Part shown: positions 8,314 through 10,551 of the stretch, piece by piece
Layout: each line of letters opens with the position of its first letter
Numbering within the stretch: position 1 is the stretch's first letter
Assembly: GCA_039801885.1 (NCBI GenBank)
Contig: JBDRVN010000051.1
Coordinates: forward strand, 1-10,551
Length of the DNA: 10,551 bases
Reading direction: 5' to 3'
DNA from: a candidate division WOR-3 bacterium
Lineage (GTDB): Bacteria; Hydrothermota; Tepidihabitantia; Tepidihabitantales; DTDR01
Position numbers and translations under genes: made by a program
The notes under the pieces: model-generated
Databases searched by the model: none
The model's input: the letters and a program-made list of their open reading frames with translations, nothing else
What the model was told of the DNA's origin: nothing

Positions 8314-8670
8314 TTAGTATATAAAAAGAAAATAGCCACAGAAAATTCCTAGCACATCATAAATGAGATCTTTATAACTAAAAAATTCCTTTTTTATTTT
8401 TTTATCATAAATTTCTTTACCAATTCCTATAAGAAAGGTACTTATTAAGGAAAAACCGGCAGAAGATTTTTTATCTTTTTCTAACCGACATTTTAATAGA
8501 TGATAAGAAGAACCAACCAATAAAGAACTTAATGAGAAATGGAAAAATTTATCTTCACCAAACCAATTGTCTTTATAAATCTTGTATTCTACACTATCTT
8601 GTTTTATTTGATAATTAAATTTTAAATTATGGGGATTTAAAAGAAGTAATAGAATAATTATTTTCTCCAT
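8314..8670 (-). CDS. Small membrane protein, YfiM/DUF2279-like
   Basis: 118 aa. W.G.DK..HF..S, GIGKEIYD and FS.KDL..D..G motifs match the pattern I recognise for YfiM-like proteins; hydrophobic N-terminus. Confidence 0.7.
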   Translation of the reverse strand: MEKIIILLLLLNPHNLKFNYQIKQDSVEYKIYKDNWFGEDKFFHFSLSSLLVGSSYHLLKCRLEKDKKSSAGFSLISTFLIGIGKEIYDKKIKKEFFSYKDLIYDVLGIFCGYFLFIY

Positions 8671-9449
8671 ATAATATTAAGAATTCTTATCAAAGTTCTT
8701 CTTAAATCCCAACGGGGAATTACTAAATCAACAAATCCGTGGGTTAAAAGGAATTCGGCTTTTTGGAAACCTTCGGGCAATTTTTGTTTAATTGTCTCTT
8801 CGATTACTCTTGGTCCGGTAAAACCAAGCATTGCTCCCGGCTCAGCAATTATAATATCGCCCAAGGAAGCAAAAGAAGCCATCACACCAGCATAACAAGG
8901 ATTAGTAAGAATAGAAATATAGGGAATCCCTTTTCGATCAGCAAGTCCCACTTCCAAAGAGGTTTTTGCTACCTGCATCAAAGAGAAAATTCCTTCTTGC
9001 ATTCTTGCGCCGCCGGAAGTGCAAACAATAATTATTGGTATGTTTAATTGGGTTGCCAATCGAAAAGAACGGGCAACCTTTTCACCCACCACTGTTCCCA
9101 TACTACCACCAATAAAATTAAAATCCATTGCCCCAAAAACTACTTCTATGGTATCAATTTTTCCTAAACCGTAAATATAAGCATCTTTTATTTGTAAGGT
9201 CTTTTGGGTTTGTATTAACTTCTCTTTATATTGAGGAAAATTTAAAGGGTCATGAGTTTCTAAATCGCTGTCATATTCTTCTAACTTTCCATCATCTAAA
9301 AGATATTCAATATATTTTTTATGGTTAATGCGAAAATGATAATTACATTTGGAACAGATAAAGAAATTTTTTTCTATCGTTTTTTTATAAAGAATTTCGC
9401 CACAACTATCACATTTTATCCAAAGACCATTAGGGTAATCCTTTGCCAT
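8658..9449 (-). CDS. accD: Acetyl-CoA carboxylase carboxyltransferase beta subunit
   Basis: 263 aa. N-terminal C4 zinc ribbon WIKCDSC...CSKC.YHFRI, DPLNF, MDFNFIGGSMG, SGGARMQEG, GFTGPRVIE.TI, LPEGFQ.AEFLL.HG.VD. Confidence 0.97.
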   Translation of the reverse strand: MAKDYPNGLWIKCDSCGEILYKKTIEKNFFICSKCNYHFRINHKKYIEYLLDDGKLEEYDSDLETHDPLNFPQYKEKLIQTQKTLQIKDAYIYGLGKIDTIEVVFGAMDFNFIGGSMGTVVGEKVARSFRLATQLNIPIIIVCTSGGARMQEGIFSLMQVAKTSLEVGLADRKGIPYISILTNPCYAGVMASFASLGDIIIAEPGAMLGFTGPRVIEETIKQKLPEGFQKAEFLLTHGFVDLVIPRWDLRRTLIRILNIIWRK

Positions 9450-9457
9450 TTCAATAA

Positions 9458-9485
9458 ATTATATCAAAAAAGATGATTGTGTCAA
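9458..9485 (-). promoter_or_regulatory. Consensus sigma70-type promoter for accD and downstream genes
   Basis: The - strand reads TTGACA (9485-9480), a 16-bp spacer ending in TGA (extended -10 TGn), TATAAT (9463-9458), TTATTGAA, then the accD ATG at 9449. Both hexamers are 6/6 matches and lie at the only sizeable intergenic gap (9450-9481). Confidence 0.82.
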
Positions 9486-10551
9486 AAATCTATCCTTTTT
9501 TGGAAAAAGTTTCCTTTTCTTAAAAAATAAACCATCTTTCTCTTTCTATCTTTTATTTTATTTCCCAAAACATTATAAAACTCTTCTTTTAGATAATTCT
9601 GTTTATTCTTTTCTATCTTTTTACTATATTCCCGATAGACATATTCTTGGGCGATTAGATAGGTATAATAAGCATTTAAAAGACCAAAACCATAATATCT
9701 ATCCCAATATTTCTCTCCCAAATCAATTGTTCCCACATTTAAAATTGCCCTTAATTGATAATTATTAAGATAAGGAAAAGAGGATAGGATTAAGGAAGCC
9801 ACACCACTTACTTGTGGTGCTGACATAGAAGTTCCGTCTAATAAAGAATATTGATTATTAGGAATTGTTGATAAGATTTCTACACCACAAGCAACCAATT
9901 CTTGTTCTTTTCCGTAATTGCTAAAATAGGCTAAATTGGTATTCTTATCCAAAGCACCACAGGCAATAACTTCTTTAAATTTTGCTGGGTAAAAAATATT
10001 TGCTGTCCCATTATTTCCACTGGCACCAATTAATAATACTCCTTTTTTATACGCATATTCAATTGCTTCTTTTAATACTGAAGAATAATTTTCTGTCCCT
10101 AAACTTAAATTTATAATTTTTGCTCCATTATTTGAAGCCCACCTTATTCCCTCGGCCACATCAAAATCACTTCCTTCGCCATTTTCGTCTAAAACCCTAA
10201 CTGCTAATAGCCGAACCTGTGCCCAACCACTTATACCAATATGATTATTTATCACACCAGCGACTATTCCTGCTACATGGGTTCCGTGATATTCGTTCTC
10301 ATTATCCGGATAAGGATTACTGTCATTATCAACAAAATCATAGCCAATTAATTCAAAAGAAAAATTATCTTTTAAATCCGGATGATAATAATCTATCCCT
10401 TGGTCACAAATCGCGACAATAATATCCTTTTTACCAATATCAAAATCCCAAATTAAATCACTATACATAACCCATTTATCCCATTGATAATCTAAATAAA
10501 ATTCATCATTAGGTAAAAAACAGACTTTTAATTTTACACTGGGTTCAAAAT
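9482..10551 (-). CDS. S8 family (subtilisin/thermitase-like) serine protease, 5'-truncated by the window edge
   Basis: Catalytic Asp (VAICDQGID), His (HGTHVAG), Ser (GTSMSAPQVSG), oxyanion Asn (ASGN), thermitase-like loop DFVDNDSNP. The frame stays open upstream of the listed ATG at 10468 to the window end (FEPSVKLKVCFLPNDEFYLDYQWDKWV-M), including the PND...QW mature N-terminus, so the true start is beyond 10551. Confidence 0.93.
   Translation of the reverse strand, partial: FEPSVKLKVCFLPNDEFYLDYQWDKWVMYSDLIWDFDIGKKDIIVAICDQGIDYYHPDLKDNFSFELIGYDFVDNDSNPYPDNENEYHGTHVAGIVAGVINNHIGISGWAQVRLLAVRVLDENGEGSDFDVAEGIRWASNNGAKIINLSLGTENYSSVLKEAIEYAYKKGVLLIGASGNNGTANIFYPAKFKEVIACGALDKNTNLAYFSNYGKEQELVACGVEILSTIPNNQYSLLDGTSMSAPQVSGVASLILSSFPYLNNYQLRAILNVGTIDLGEKYWDRYYGFGLLNAYYTYLIAQEYVYREYSKKIEKNKQNYLKEEFYNVLGNKIKDRKRKMVYFLRKGNFFQKRIDF

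Noticed and set aside
8763..9328. + strand ORFs 8763-9047 and 9128-9328
   Set aside because: Antisense to the highly conserved accD; no coding features.
10219..10422. 67-aa + strand ORF
   Set aside because: Antisense to the protease catalytic Asp/His region.
10466..10468. ORF-track ATG as the protease start
   Set aside because: The frame is open to the window edge and includes the propeptide end and PND motif; no signal peptide follows this Met.
1..10551. CRISPR array, tRNA/rRNA, riboswitch, IS or prophage, intrinsic terminator
   Set aside because: The largest internal intergenic gap is 32 bp; no spaced repeats, transposase/integrase motifs or GC hairpin plus U-tract were seen.

Overview
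AT-rich (roughly 70% A+T by eye), almost fully coding bacterial DNA with no RNA genes, mobile elements or CRISPR arrays. One + strand gene, a MIO-dependent histidine ammonia-lyase (hutH, 35-1507), meets a long - strand gene run tail-to-tail. In transcription order that run is: a thermitase-like S8 protease (5' end beyond the window), accD, a YfiM/DUF2279-like small membrane protein, trmI, a BtuF/BtuC/BtuD-like (cobalamin or iron-chelate) ABC importer, and two large polytopic membrane proteins that look like GT-C-fold glycosyltransferases. Signals not explained by gene labels: (1) a perfect TTGACA-N16-TATAAT promoter built on the protease stop codon, placed so the accD operon mRNA is essentially leaderless; (2) no Shine-Dalgarno at any start and tight translational coupling; (3) a strong excess of CCGG while other 4-bp palindromes are scarce; (4) a shortened T9SS-sorting-like tail on the protease; (5) a HutH with two TAL/PAL-like substitutions; (6) the tandem uncharacterised GT-C-like pair. 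A low-GC, possibly thermophilic, FCB-related organism (e.g. WOR-3-like) is an inference only.
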